Positions 8,865 to 18,039 of a stretch of DNA of 64,000 bases are shown piece after piece; the first letter of the stretch is position 1, and each line of letters begins with the position of its first letter. The DNA is taken from IMG/VR virus record IMGVR_UViG_3300044846_005229, positions 1 to 64,000 of that record, one strand, 5' to 3'. A program made the translations under genes and the position numbers. The notes beneath the pieces are model-generated. The model ran no database searches. It was not told where the DNA came from and saw only the letters and a list, made by a program, of their open reading frames with translations.

Positions 8865-9557
8865 CTACGTCAACCCTGGTCCTGCCCCTTGCTCCCCAGA
8901 TGGGGTACATTTATTTCGATTATTTTGGGCCATCTGCGTCTCAGACTGCTCAGGTTTAGGGTTCTTTGGCATTTCTTCTTGGGAGTCTACCTTTGGTTGT
9001 GCTGTGGGCACTTTAGAGTCTTCCCTTGGCTTCCTTGGTGGCCATACCTTGCCAGTAGTCAACCCCTGTGGTGGTTCTTCAAATGAACGCAAACCCTTTA
9101 ATTGCAGAGATCTAGGGCCAGGTTGTGGATTTTCGCTAGGGGTAGCTAAAGGCGGCAATTTACCGGACTCATTTTCTTTTAGTTTGCCTTGACTACCTTT
9201 TTGTTTCCCTGGCTTATTATCAATATCCATGGTTGATAAACCTTGGGCTCTGGTAGTTTTGTTTTCTTTGGGGGTTTCCCCACCGGTACTGCCCTTATCG
9301 AATTGCCTATCCCATGCACCGGACTCCAACATCTTAGAAACCCTATTTGCAGATTCCTGGGAGAATCCAATTGATTGTAAGGCCTCAGCATAGTCGCCCC
9401 TTTTGCAAGCAGATAATGAAATCGCAATTGCTTGCTTAGGATTTTCTACCACTGGGCCAGCCTTGCCAGCTTTGCCAAAACCAGAATGAAGTTTGCCAGC
9501 TTTGAACCGGCGCATTTCATCCCTGACGCAATTTTTATCGTCTGGATTGACTGGCAT
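8865..9557 (-). CDS. Hypothetical protein with DUF6496-like basic N-terminal motif
   Basis: [12 protein letters not shown]...KQAIAISLS motif; low-complexity C-terminus. Confidence 0.5.
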   Translation of the reverse strand: MPVNPDDKNCVRDEMRRFKAGKLHSGFGKAGKAGPVVENPKQAIAISLSACKRGDYAEALQSIGFSQESANRVSKMLESGAWDRQFDKGSTGGETPKENKTTRAQGLSTMDIDNKPGKQKGSQGKLKENESGKLPPLATPSENPQPGPRSLQLKGLRSFEEPPQGLTTGKVWPPRKPREDSKVPTAQPKVDSQEEMPKNPKPEQSETQMAQNNRNKCTPSGEQGAGPGLT

Positions 9558-9563
9558 TTTTAA

Positions 9564-9773
9564 CTACCGAATTTCCAAAATTTTACCCTCTAGTTCCTCT
9601 ATGTAGTCTAATAGGGCCGTGGTCTGAGCCGATAGCTTTATTAGTAGACAAGAACTTTCAACAAGGTATTCTTCCAGCTCTTGTCTGGATAGAAGATTAA
9701 TTTTTTCCCTAATTTTGAAAGGAATTAGTTCCTTTTCTAGGGGTAATTCAATTTGTGGCCTTTGGAAGTCCAT
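9564..9773 (-). CDS. NblA-like small helical protein (possible phycobilisome degradation factor)
   Basis: 69 aa; ELPLEKE...LSRQELEEYLVE pattern resembles NblA (L.LEQ.F...MS.EQ...L.E); divergent. Confidence 0.4.
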   Translation of the reverse strand: MDFQRPQIELPLEKELIPFKIREKINLLSRQELEEYLVESSCLLIKLSAQTTALLDYIEELEGKILEIR

Positions 9774-10428
9774 GGGCTATTTGTTTAAGGGATTGAAATT
9801 TTTCTGATGCCCAGTGGTGTTGGTCTTCCCCCATGACTGCCTCACTGATGTAATCAACCATGAGATCCATCTCTTCGTCTGACAATACACTGAAAGCTTC
9901 AGCTAGATCATCTGATAAGAGCAGCGTCCGAGCCTCATCTGGGCTATAAACAAAGTCGGTATCTACCCAGTCTTCAGGTTGAGAGTCATAGGAGATGTGG
10001 TAGTTGTTTTCTGATAGTTGGCATTCCAGGACTCTAGCCTCGTCAATGTTTAACTTTTTGGCTATGTCGGTGTAGCTCATGTTTTCCTGTAAAAGCCCTA
10101 GGACCTCATTGCGATACTTGGCGATCCATCGGGGGGTTTTCACAAGCCTGGAATAATCTCGAAGAGCATGTTGGATGTATCCTCGGGCATTTTTCCAGGC
10201 GTAGGTGCTGAATTTAACGTGTTTGTCAGGGTCAAACCTGGTAGCAGCTACGCAAAGAGCAAAGTTTGCTATGGACTCTAGATCCTCCCTAGTGAGAGAA
10301 CCTGTATTGCCACCTGTTAAACACTTGGCTCCAAAAGCTAATCGACCAGCAATCCAGCTATGCTCTTCGACTAGTTTCTTTTGGTCTCTGGATAGTCCAG
10401 GGTACGATTTGTACCTCTTTTTTGTCAT
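9748..10428 (-). CDS. Phage RNA polymerase sigma-70-family factor (sigma A of window)
   Basis: Region 2 EDLESIANFALCVAATRFDPDKHVKFSTYAWKNARGYIQHALRD; HTH SYTDIAKKLNIDEARV. Confidence 0.85.
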   Translation of the reverse strand: MTKKRYKSYPGLSRDQKKLVEEHSWIAGRLAFGAKCLTGGNTGSLTREDLESIANFALCVAATRFDPDKHVKFSTYAWKNARGYIQHALRDYSRLVKTPRWIAKYRNEVLGLLQENMSYTDIAKKLNIDEARVLECQLSENNYHISYDSQPEDWVDTDFVYSPDEARTLLLSDDLAEAFSVLSDEEMDLMVDYISEAVMGEDQHHWASEKFQSLKQIAHGLPKATN

Positions 10429-10431
10429 GGG

Positions 10432-12372
10432 TTAAGCCTCGCAAGCTGTGCAATCTGTGTATTCTGGGGTGGTTTCTGTGGGCAGATTAAACTTTAAGAC
10501 ACTGTTTTCTTCTTTGTACTGCATGTACTCGGTATAGCCCCCGATGTGCTTATCGTAAAGCCATAATTGAGGGACGGTTTTCCAGTCGTGGTTCCAGTAA
10601 CCCTTGTCAATAGCCTCTTGTTTGTCCATCTCTTTATAAGTAATACCACAGCGGTAGAGTTCTTGTTTCAGGCTGTCGCACCAAGGGCACCCTTCCTTGG
10701 TAACGATGAGAGCTGGGGCTTTCTTTTTCTTCGTTAGAAGAGAACTCGACTTAAGGTAATAAAGAGATTTGAGACCCATTTTCCAAGCAGACAGGTGAAG
10801 ACGCATAATATAATCTGCATCAGCTTCGGGGTCAACAAACAGGTTTAGGGATTGCCCTTGGCAAATAAAGGGTTGACGATCAGCGGCTTGTTTCACAAGC
10901 TCAAACTGATCAACTTCCCGAGCTGTCTTAAACACCTCTTTTTCCTTGTCCGTCAAGCAAGCAAGTCCTTGAACACTGCCCCTGGCTTCCAGAATCTCGT
11001 CCCACACTTCTGGCCCAACCCCTTTTTTACAAAGTAGGCTCTCAAGAATAGGGTTCTTCCGAACATATGAACCTTTGGCTTGCTTCGCTACGAAATAGTT
11101 CGAGGCAATGGGTTCAATTCCTTCCGACCCCGCTCCGCAAATAACACTATTTGTTTTTGTTGGAGCAACGGCTAACAAATGTGTATGGCGCTTCCCACTA
11201 CCGACACACCACTCAGGTTCCCCCAGCTTGACTGCCAGCTCCCTTGAAGCAGTTTCGGCCTCTTGGAGGATCCATTTGTGAACCTGGGTATTAAGTTCCC
11301 TGGCTTCTTGGGACTTAAAGGGTAAGCCTCTTTTCTGATAGAGGGTATGCAGGCCCATGACCCCTAAGCCCAATGCACGAGACTTCTCAGCGAAACGGAC
11401 CGAACGGCCCATCCCCACTTTGTCCTTAGCCTTGCGAATGAACTCGGAAACAACGGATTCTAGAAGGTGGACAGCAATCTGAGGCACTGAGCGGCCAGAA
11501 ACAGGGGAGCGCCAATCCTTAAACTCGTCGTATTTCGATAAGTTAAGAGAGGAAAGGACACAAACAAAGGAATGGTTTTCGTCGGTATGAAGAAACACTT
11601 CGGAACACAAATTACTCGTCTTCACTGTCAGCCCTCTCTCAACGTAACAGGCAGGGTTCTGATTGTTGGCGTTGTCAATGAAGATAAGGTAAGGGCTACC
11701 TGAAATCATTCTTGTCTTGAGTACCTCTCCAAAAAGCTCTTGTTTTTCCTTGTTACCTGCGATCATGGATTCTATCCATTCGTCTGTGATCGTTAGGGCT
11801 ATGTTACTGTCAATTTTTTGACGAGAGTCCCCGTTAGCATGATCTTTTGCTCTAAGGATTTCTGGCACGTCGGGGTGTGATATGGGCAGATACATCGCAA
11901 AGGATCCGCGACGAACACCCCCTTGGGAGACAACTGAAGCGCATAAGTCGTATTGCCTAGCCCAAGGGACTATGCCTGTAGACTTTCCACCGCCAGAAAT
12001 TGGAGTTCCTGCGGGCCTCACATCCCCAAAGTACACACCAACTCCTCCACCATTCTTACTCAAAGAAGCCACCTCCTTTAGATGGGAATAGATCGAGGAT
12101 ATACTATCGGTAAGATGTATAGAAAAACAACTTATAGGTTGCCCACGATTGGTACCAAAGTTGGAACAAACTGGACTTGCAGGTCCGATAAAACCATTCC
12201 ACAAACAGTGAAAGAGATCTTCTTCTAGGGTCGGATCTTGATTGAGTTTGGCTGCTGTTGAGGACAATCTCGTCATCATATCACGAGGTGTCTCACCAGG
12301 TAGTAAGTACCCTGCAGACAATGTGTGCAAAGCCTCTTCAGACATCCATTCGGGGTGAGGTGTATTGGTCAT
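10432..12372 (-). CDS. nrdA: Ribonucleotide reductase class Ia alpha subunit with fused glutaredoxin domain
   Basis: PISCF, NLCSE, VCVLSS, YYLKS catalytic motifs; then Grx domain (CPWC...TVPQ...IGGY) and terminal CTACEA. Confidence 0.93.
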   Translation of the reverse strand: MTNTPHPEWMSEEALHTLSAGYLLPGETPRDMMTRLSSTAAKLNQDPTLEEDLFHCLWNGFIGPASPVCSNFGTNRGQPISCFSIHLTDSISSIYSHLKEVASLSKNGGGVGVYFGDVRPAGTPISGGGKSTGIVPWARQYDLCASVVSQGGVRRGSFAMYLPISHPDVPEILRAKDHANGDSRQKIDSNIALTITDEWIESMIAGNKEKQELFGEVLKTRMISGSPYLIFIDNANNQNPACYVERGLTVKTSNLCSEVFLHTDENHSFVCVLSSLNLSKYDEFKDWRSPVSGRSVPQIAVHLLESVVSEFIRKAKDKVGMGRSVRFAEKSRALGLGVMGLHTLYQKRGLPFKSQEARELNTQVHKWILQEAETASRELAVKLGEPEWCVGSGKRHTHLLAVAPTKTNSVICGAGSEGIEPIASNYFVAKQAKGSYVRKNPILESLLCKKGVGPEVWDEILEARGSVQGLACLTDKEKEVFKTAREVDQFELVKQAADRQPFICQGQSLNLFVDPEADADYIMRLHLSAWKMGLKSLYYLKSSSLLTKKKKAPALIVTKEGCPWCDSLKQELYRCGITYKEMDKQEAIDKGYWNHDWKTVPQLWLYDKHIGGYTEYMQYKEENSVLKFNLPTETTPEYTDCTACEA

Positions 12373-13130
12373 TTTATTGAGTTCAGGAAAGTTGTCAAGG
12401 CTTGTAAGCTAGTTAGATTTAAATTTAACTCTGAATTGCAGGCCTTAGGCCCAACTATTCTACCATTTGGACTTTTTCTGTTTTTGTTAAGACTCCACCA
12501 CTCACGAATCCTACCGGAGTTGTCCGAAACGATAGCATAGTTGGGGTACCTTTTGCGAAGGAGTTCTTCAGACTCTTTTTTACCTTTTTTGTACTGGTTC
12601 CCCATTCTAGATAAAGACATTTTACGCTTGGCTTCGTCTGAAGCTTGTTTACCTTTTCTAGATTCTGACATTTTGCTCCTAGCTTCTGAGCTGTGTGTCC
12701 TGCCAAAAGAGGGATGGTCCTTCCCTCTACGCCCGTACATGGGATTTTTTTCCCCTTTATTATCAAACCCCATCTCTTTTAGAGCCTTTTTAACCCCCTC
12801 GGAGATAGCTAGTCTTTCTTTCTCTGTTCTAGGTCTACCCTTGTTATAGGCTTTAAGCCCAGTGGTGTCAAACTTGGTAGAAGTTTGGCAGGATCTGTTG
12901 ACGAACTCAGGGTTAGAAACAACTTCAAACACGTTCTGCCATTGTATTTCTGCTTTAGTTGCTGCTTCAGGTGAGTTAAATATTCCTAAAATAATCCTAG
13001 AGTCAGGGTTGAAAGTTTTATCAGAGAAGGACCCTAAATACTGGTCATAAAGGTCGTTAGTGCTGTGTTTTCCTATGTAATTTCGGCCATTATGGCTACC
13101 CTCATAGCTCAGATAAACTAAATGCCACAT
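12369..13130 (-). CDS. Free-standing GIY-YIG homing endonuclease with NUMOD3-like repeats
   Basis: HLVYLSY...NYIGKHST...YLGS and conserved Glu (KAEIQW); NPMYG/HPSFGRTHSSEARSKMS repeats. Confidence 0.85.
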   Translation of the reverse strand: MWHLVYLSYEGSHNGRNYIGKHSTNDLYDQYLGSFSDKTFNPDSRIILGIFNSPEAATKAEIQWQNVFEVVSNPEFVNRSCQTSTKFDTTGLKAYNKGRPRTEKERLAISEGVKKALKEMGFDNKGEKNPMYGRRGKDHPSFGRTHSSEARSKMSESRKGKQASDEAKRKMSLSRMGNQYKKGKKESEELLRKRYPNYAIVSDNSGRIREWWSLNKNRKSPNGRIVGPKACNSELNLNLTSLQALTTFLNSIK

Positions 13131-14107
13131 TAGATTAGCTCCAAATCCAGTGTTTTTAGATTTACCATGGAGTAGTCCTGTAGGGGTTTGGCCACATAGG
13201 AATCTCCTGACTTGGACTGACTAAAGAAATCATTATTGGTGGCCCCAGCGGCGATAGGCTCGAACCACTTTCTTATTACATTGGCTCTTTCTTTATTGAA
13301 GTCTAACTTTTGTTCTAATCCCAGTGCCCGGAGGCGATTATTGGCCCGGAAAAGAATGTATTGTCTTAGGTTTTCTGGGTCAATGGTATCAAGGTGGCGG
13401 TCATCAAAGATTGTCTCAATGAAGGCAAATTCGTTCTTGATGACAGCCTCAAAGCCCTTGAAGATGTTATCCGCCTCTTCTTCAGTCAAGGGGTCTTCTT
13501 TTATAAGGGCCTTGAAAAGCTCAATGCCTGTGTCACTATGCTGTTGCTCGTCGTTAATTGACCAGGAGATCAGTTGAGAAAGTCCTCTGTATTTCCCCTG
13601 GAGATTAAGAGAAAGCAATACAGAAAAGCTGCTAAATAATGAAACCCCCTCACCTGCACCACTGAAGATAGCAAGGGATTCTTTAATGTTACGGTCTTCT
13701 AAGAAAAAACTAATCTTCTTTTGGGCAACAGGGTCGCCAAGAAAGGCTTCGAACTCATCTAGGCCAAGTGTGTCTGACAGGAGATTATATGCGTGGGCAT
13801 GGACCACTTCCGATAGGGAAAACATTCTTGCTGCTGCTGCAATCTCATGTTTAGGAAACCAGTCTGGGATCTTGGACCAGTATTCCCCGATGTGCGTCTC
13901 AAGAATGGTGAACCCCCTTAGGATTCCCCCAACAATTTCTCTCTCATCTTGAGAGGCGCTCTGCCAATCCCGGATATCACTTTCGAGTGGAACTTCCTCG
14001 GGGCGCCACACGGATCCAAGTGCTTTCTGATATTGCTCGAAGAAGTAAGGAAACTCGAAGGTTCCGTTAATTTTGTAGGGTTCTCTGTATTCTCTGATGC
14101 TAGGCAT
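13130..14107 (-). CDS. nrdB: Ribonucleotide reductase class Ia beta subunit
   Basis: WRPEEVPLESD, EVVHAHAY, EGVSLFSSF, DEQQH di-iron motifs; NDFF and C-terminal Tyr. Confidence 0.93.
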   Translation of the reverse strand: MPSIREYREPYKINGTFEFPYFFEQYQKALGSVWRPEEVPLESDIRDWQSASQDEREIVGGILRGFTILETHIGEYWSKIPDWFPKHEIAAAARMFSLSEVVHAHAYNLLSDTLGLDEFEAFLGDPVAQKKISFFLEDRNIKESLAIFSGAGEGVSLFSSFSVLLSLNLQGKYRGLSQLISWSINDEQQHSDTGIELFKALIKEDPLTEEEADNIFKGFEAVIKNEFAFIETIFDDRHLDTIDPENLRQYILFRANNRLRALGLEQKLDFNKERANVIRKWFEPIAAGATNNDFFSQSKSGDSYVAKPLQDYSMVNLKTLDLELI

Positions 14108-14173
14108 TGTGCTATGCTGTCATTTGGTCATGGAAATTGTTTGGTATTTGTTTGTTTTAAGGATAGTCAACTG

Positions 14174-14395
14174 TTAGTTGCTATAACCTTCGAGTTTGGC
14201 ATACTTGGCCATCCGATCATTTTCTTTTACTGTCGCTTCGGTAAGCTCAATTTGAGCTTTTTGAAGCTGTTCGATGATTTGTTTGTTTTTCTTGTACTCC
14301 CCATACATAGCAATTCTACCGAGGATGTAAATCAGCGATAAATTACCGAGGACACTCCCTAACGCTACTGCCAGGGTCATTGTTAAGAACGTCAT
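14174..14395 (-). CDS. Hypothetical membrane-anchored protein
   Basis: 73 aa; N-terminal hydrophobic helix. Confidence 0.5.
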   Translation of the reverse strand: MTFLTMTLAVALGSVLGNLSLIYILGRIAMYGEYKKNKQIIEQLQKAQIELTEATVKENDRMAKYAKLEGYSN

Positions 14396-14582
14396 TTCTT
14401 CCGATAGAGAAATTTGTTGTGATTTTTACTTGTGGATTAGGAAACGTCCAGCAATCCCCATTACCGTCTAAAAAGACTACCCAGAGGAGATCATGTTCCT
14501 GTGAGTAGTCAATAAGGAAGTGAGCCCAACCCTTACCTTTAGGTGTTTCCATAGGCAACGCAGGGTTAAGTTGTAAAATCAC
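14343..14582 (-). CDS. Conserved phage hypothetical protein
   Basis: LQLNP.LP.ETPKG.GWAHFLIDYSQEHDL.WVVF pattern. Confidence 0.55.
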   Translation of the reverse strand: MILQLNPALPMETPKGKGWAHFLIDYSQEHDLLWVVFLDGNGDCWTFPNPQVKITTNFSIGRNDVLNNDPGSSVRECPR

Positions 14583-14725
14583 TTACCTTGCCCGCGATAT
14601 TTCTTTTTAGGGTTTGGGTTAGCAGAGGTTGCAGAGAATTTCGTTCTTTTTGAGTTTCCCTGGTATGTCTTCTTTTCAGAGGGGACGATTTCCCGTTGAT
14701 TGGTTAGTGATTTGACTTTTGCCAT
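14579..14725 (-). CDS. Small basic cyanophage protein (48 aa)
   Basis: Hand-translated MAKVKSLTNQ...KKTYQGNSKRTKFSATSANPNPKKKYRGQGK; stop overlaps next GTG. Confidence 0.6.
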   Translation of the reverse strand: MAKVKSLTNQREIVPSEKKTYQGNSKRTKFSATSANPNPKKKYRGQGK

Positions 14726-14769
14726 TTTGAGTTGGTATTAGTTTGATTTGGTATGCGTCTAGGTGGAAA

Positions 14770-14973
14770 TCACCAAATACCGGGAATAATTTGCCCAGTA
14801 ACAGCATAAGAGCCAAGAGCTGCGATAATTCCAATCATAGCCAATCTCCCATTTAGGGCTTCACCGGCCTTATCCCACGCAACCATTGGCCTATAGCCTT
14901 CATCAACTAGGGTCATTTCGGGTTCGATGGCAAAATGGTTAAGGACACCTTGGTCGTCTTTTGTGGTTGTCAT
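14770..14973 (-). CDS. hli: High-light-inducible protein
   Basis: Chlorophyll-binding motif EALNGRLAMIG and C-terminal TGQIIPGIW. Confidence 0.93.
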   Translation of the reverse strand: MTTTKDDQGVLNHFAIEPEMTLVDEGYRPMVAWDKAGEALNGRLAMIGIIAALGSYAVTGQIIPGIW

Positions 14974-15021
14974 TGTTGGTTGGTTAGTCAGTCAGTCAGT
15001 CACTTAGTCAGTAACACTGCC

Positions 15022-15049
15022 ATTATAGCAAGTCCTTAATGAAAGTCAA
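15022..15049 (-). promoter_or_regulatory. Sigma70-type promoter upstream of hli
   Basis: TTGACT-16 nt-TATAAT on minus strand. Confidence 0.65.
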
Positions 15050-15221
15050 CGGGTGGGTTGCTCTCGGGCGTGCTATCTTCAAGTTGGGCACGTTTCTTGA
15101 GGGCCTTCATTCTCTTATGTTCCTGCAACCATTTGGCAAAATAAGACAGCTCCCCTTCTGTATAGAGGGAAGGGTTCTTTAAGGCTCTCTTTACTAGTTT
15201 TGTTTTTTTTTTTTTAGTCAT
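15036..15221 (-). CDS. Small basic hypothetical protein
   Basis: 61 aa; KRALKNPSLYTEGELSY motif; ATGA overlap with speD. Confidence 0.55.
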   Translation of the reverse strand: MTKKKKTKLVKRALKNPSLYTEGELSYFAKWLQEHKRMKALKKRAQLEDSTPESNPPVDFH

Positions 15222-15544
15222 CGTGATAGTTCCTGTAATCTAATTTCTATGGGCTTGAAGTAATCAATGAGAATTTGCATCCCTGACTTAGGATCCATAC
15301 TGCCGCAAGTATAGCAATCTAGCGCCACAGAACCCATTTCAGGGAAAGTGTGACAAGATATATGGCTTTCAGCCAATGCGTACACTATGGTAACACCTTG
15401 GGGTGTGAATTTATGGGAAAATTTATTTAAGACCGTGGCACCCATCGTAGCTACGGCTTTATCAAAAGCCAACTGAATGGCTAGTATGTTGTCCAAACGG
15501 GAAAATGAAATCCCGTACAAAGAGCAAATAACATGTGTTCCCAA
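15218..15544 (-). CDS. speD: S-adenosylmethionine decarboxylase proenzyme
   Basis: FTPQGVT...LAESHISCHTFPE...DCYTCG (pyruvoyl self-cleavage at E-S). Confidence 0.92.
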   Translation of the reverse strand: MGTHVICSLYGISFSRLDNILAIQLAFDKAVATMGATVLNKFSHKFTPQGVTIVYALAESHISCHTFPEMGSVALDCYTCGSMDPKSGMQILIDYFKPIEIRLQELSR

Positions 15545-15545
15545 T

Positions 15546-15884
15546 TCACGGTACCTCCTTTGCCGCTAAAATTTGTTTGACCTTTTCACGAAATTCAGAT
15601 AAAGTAGCAGCACCAACATGGTGCCCAAGGAATTTGCCATTACTCCTTAGAAATACATAAACTGGCAGGTCTATGGTATAATCTGCATTGATTGCATGTC
15701 TCTCTAGGCACTGGTAGACTCTAATTTTTGTTAGGTCGTTTCCATGACTGATAATGTCATCTAAGTCCGTTTCCTGATAAGCAATCTCTGGAAAGCCCTC
15801 GATAACAGACTTATCATGTCTGCTCATATGCTTGCAAATTTCGCAGTTTTTATCAAAAACTTTAGTGGCAATAACTGTGGTCAT
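15546..15884 (-). CDS. Thioredoxin-like protein
   Basis: CEIC motif and LPVYVFL...GHHVG thioredoxin-fold pattern. Confidence 0.65.
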   Translation of the reverse strand: MTTVIATKVFDKNCEICKHMSRHDKSVIEGFPEIAYQETDLDDIISHGNDLTKIRVYQCLERHAINADYTIDLPVYVFLRSNGKFLGHHVGAATLSEFREKVKQILAAKEVP

Positions 15885-15926
15885 TATCCCAAGGGGGTTT
15901 GTAGGATTTAAGGTAAATTTACCCTA

Positions 15927-16502
15927 TCATCGAAAAAGATCGATAAGCTCAGGGTGCTTCTTCCGGAAAGATGTCGTGAACCTGGCCACGCAGCTACTTA
16001 CCGCTTGTTTGGTTACTCCAAACTCCTTTGCGATTTCGGATTGGGTCAACTTGGTGTGATTAAATAGGCCATACTTCGAGCAAATGATTTTGAACCCTTG
16101 CGTATCGGGTCCGCCGTAACGATCCAATAAAATTTTCTTAATTTGTGGAACATCGATTTTAGGGTTTATTTCACCCTCGTAGCCGACATCAACTTCATCA
16201 ATACTTTCTGTGTACTTAGGGTGCTTGTTTTCTTTCCTAGCAGCCCCCTGGATGGCCTCACGGACCTTCCAAAACATCCAAGTCTTGGGAACTACATTAC
16301 GGCTCAAATCAAAGGTTCTGATGCCATTGACGATGCCGATTCTCCCCTCTTGGACAAGGTCTTTCTCCATGTGTTTGGGCACCATGAATAAATACATATT
16401 CACAAGTTTGTGAACCAATGGTGTGAATTGAACGATAGTTTCCTCAATGGACTTCTCATCACCATTTACGGCTTTGCGGAAGGTTTCAATTGTGTAATCC
16501 AT
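15927..16502 (-). CDS. Phage sigma-70-family factor (sigma B of window)
   Basis: DLVQEGRIGIVNGIRTFD...WKVREAI (region 2); LTQSEIAKEFGVTKQAVS (region 4 HTH). Confidence 0.8.
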   Translation of the reverse strand: MDYTIETFRKAVNGDEKSIEETIVQFTPLVHKLVNMYLFMVPKHMEKDLVQEGRIGIVNGIRTFDLSRNVVPKTWMFWKVREAIQGAARKENKHPKYTESIDEVDVGYEGEINPKIDVPQIKKILLDRYGGPDTQGFKIICSKYGLFNHTKLTQSEIAKEFGVTKQAVSSCVARFTTSFRKKHPELIDLFR

Positions 16503-16623
16503 TTTTCTCTCTCTTTGCTTGGTGTTTGGTCTTTTAGTGTCAATTTAGGGCATAGGTTAAACCCCTAGAGTCCTCCTGCCCAGCAATCAAATCAAGCTGA
16601 TCCTTGAATAACTGCGTTTAATT

Positions 16624-16845
16624 TCAATCGTTATTTGACGAATAGTTAGGGGGACCCGGTAGATTCTCCCGCATTACCCAAGCTGTGGCTGCTTTCTGGG
16701 ACATCCATGCCTGTAGCAATTGCTTGCACAGACCTTGAAGGACTTTTAGATCAGTAGTGGAGTCTATAACTCTACCCATCCTCTCTAGTTCAAATTTTTG
16801 CCCCATAGTTAATTCCAAGGGGTTAACAATTCCGTCAGGATTCAT
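16624..16845 (-). CDS. nblA: NblA-like protein (picocyanobacterial type)
   Basis: ELTMGQKFELERMGRVIDSTTDLKVLQGLCKQLLQAWMSQKAATAWVM recalls Synechococcus/cyanophage NblA-like sequences (from memory, not searched). Confidence 0.6.
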   Translation of the reverse strand: MNPDGIVNPLELTMGQKFELERMGRVIDSTTDLKVLQGLCKQLLQAWMSQKAATAWVMRENLPGPPNYSSNND

Positions 16846-17318
16846 AGTGATTCATAGTATAAAACAGGTATTCCGGCCTCATAGAGGATGTCACTTGCTG
16901 TAGTTAGGCTATCTTTCCAGCTTCCGTGGTAGGAGTTCAAGTTAGGGCAGACGATTCTTTTGATCCCTGCACCAATGAGCACACTAGCACATCCGCTGCA
17001 TGGCGGGAAAGTGATGAAAGCCGAACAGCCGTCAGTGGACACACCTTCTTTGGCCGCCCATACAATGGCATTTTTCTCAGCGTGAATGATTACATTATTT
17101 TTGAAATACTTGTCATTCAACCTTATCGCAGTATCTGCTATTCCATTTGGGAAGCCATTGTACCCAGTAGAAACTATGCGATTTTCCTTGACCAAGACGC
17201 AACCGACTTTTTTGTAAGGGTCTTTGCTCCAGAGTTTAATGTCTTCAGCTAGCTGAATCCAGCGGAGATCCCATTTTGTAAGATGGGGGCTCTGATGATT
17301 CAATCTCTCGGTAGTCAC
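16842..17318 (-). CDS. dCMP deaminase
   Basis: HAEKNA and PCSGC zinc motifs; GYNG. Confidence 0.9.
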   Translation of the reverse strand: MTTERLNHQSPHLTKWDLRWIQLAEDIKLWSKDPYKKVGCVLVKENRIVSTGYNGFPNGIADTAIRLNDKYFKNNVIIHAEKNAIVWAAKEGVSTDGCSAFITFPPCSGCASVLIGAGIKRIVCPNLNSYHGSWKDSLTTASDILYEAGIPVLYYESL

Positions 17319-17586
17319 TTAAGGCTTCACTGAATTGTTTGCAAATGTGTTTCTTCGTTGTAAAGACTTCTTCATCACAATTTGCTATTTCTGTATAGAT
17401 ATTCCACAGGGATTCCGTATGTGCCAAACCATATTCCACTTGGAAGTAGGATAGAAGAATAGCAAGGTCAGGAAGGGAGCATGAGATGGTTCTCATCTCT
17501 TGGAAGGAGCAATCAGATGCCTTTAGTACGGGTCTATTTTTGGGTGGAATTGCCACTTTGTTGGGAGTACGGTCAGGGGCACTCAT
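17245..17586 (-). CDS. Hypothetical protein
   Basis: ORF between mazG and the deaminase; start uncertain. Confidence 0.4.
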   Translation of the reverse strand: MSAPDRTPNKVAIPPKNRPVLKASDCSFQEMRTISCSLPDLAILLSYFQVEYGLAHTESLWNIYTEIANCDEEVFTTKKHICKQFSEALSDYREIESSEPPSYKMGSPLDSAS

Positions 17587-17912
17587 CGGTTATCTCCACT
17601 TCCTGCGATGACCCCTCTCTCCTTTCTAGATGCAAGTTTGTCAATGTTTTGCTGTGCGATTGCATTAAGATCGGTTCCCATTTCTGTGGCCAATTGGGCA
17701 ACATACCAAAGCACATCCCCAAGCTCATCAGAAACAGATTTTCGGACCTCGTCTGAAAGAATGCCGGAATTATCCCGGATAACCTTCTTAAGTTTATTTG
17801 CGATTTCGCCAGCTTCACCAACGAGGCCAAGAGCAGGGTAGGTGAATTCTGAGCCCATATTGGGGTAGATGGCGGTTTCCCGGGCTCGATTTTGATAATA
17901 GTTAAAATCCAT
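17583..17912 (-). CDS. mazG: MazG-like nucleotide pyrophosphohydrolase
   Basis: LGLVGEAGEIANKLKK...DELGDVLWYV...N..KL..R. Confidence 0.9.
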   Translation of the reverse strand: MDFNYYQNRARETAIYPNMGSEFTYPALGLVGEAGEIANKLKKVIRDNSGILSDEVRKSVSDELGDVLWYVAQLATEMGTDLNAIAQQNIDKLASRKERGVIAGSGDNR

Positions 17913-18039
17913 AGACGGTGTGTGGAGCGAAATTGTAACTGTTTTGGTGTCAAACCCTTGGTTTAACGATGAGACCTTAGCACAGATGGCACGTAGCTGT
18001 CAACACGAGCCCAGTCAGACCGATAGCAACCGATGGCAA

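Noticed and set aside
14991-15012. TGAC tandem repeat upstream of hli, and 10-bp repeat at 56709-56733
   Set aside because: Short simple repeats with no spacers; not CRISPR, no function evident.
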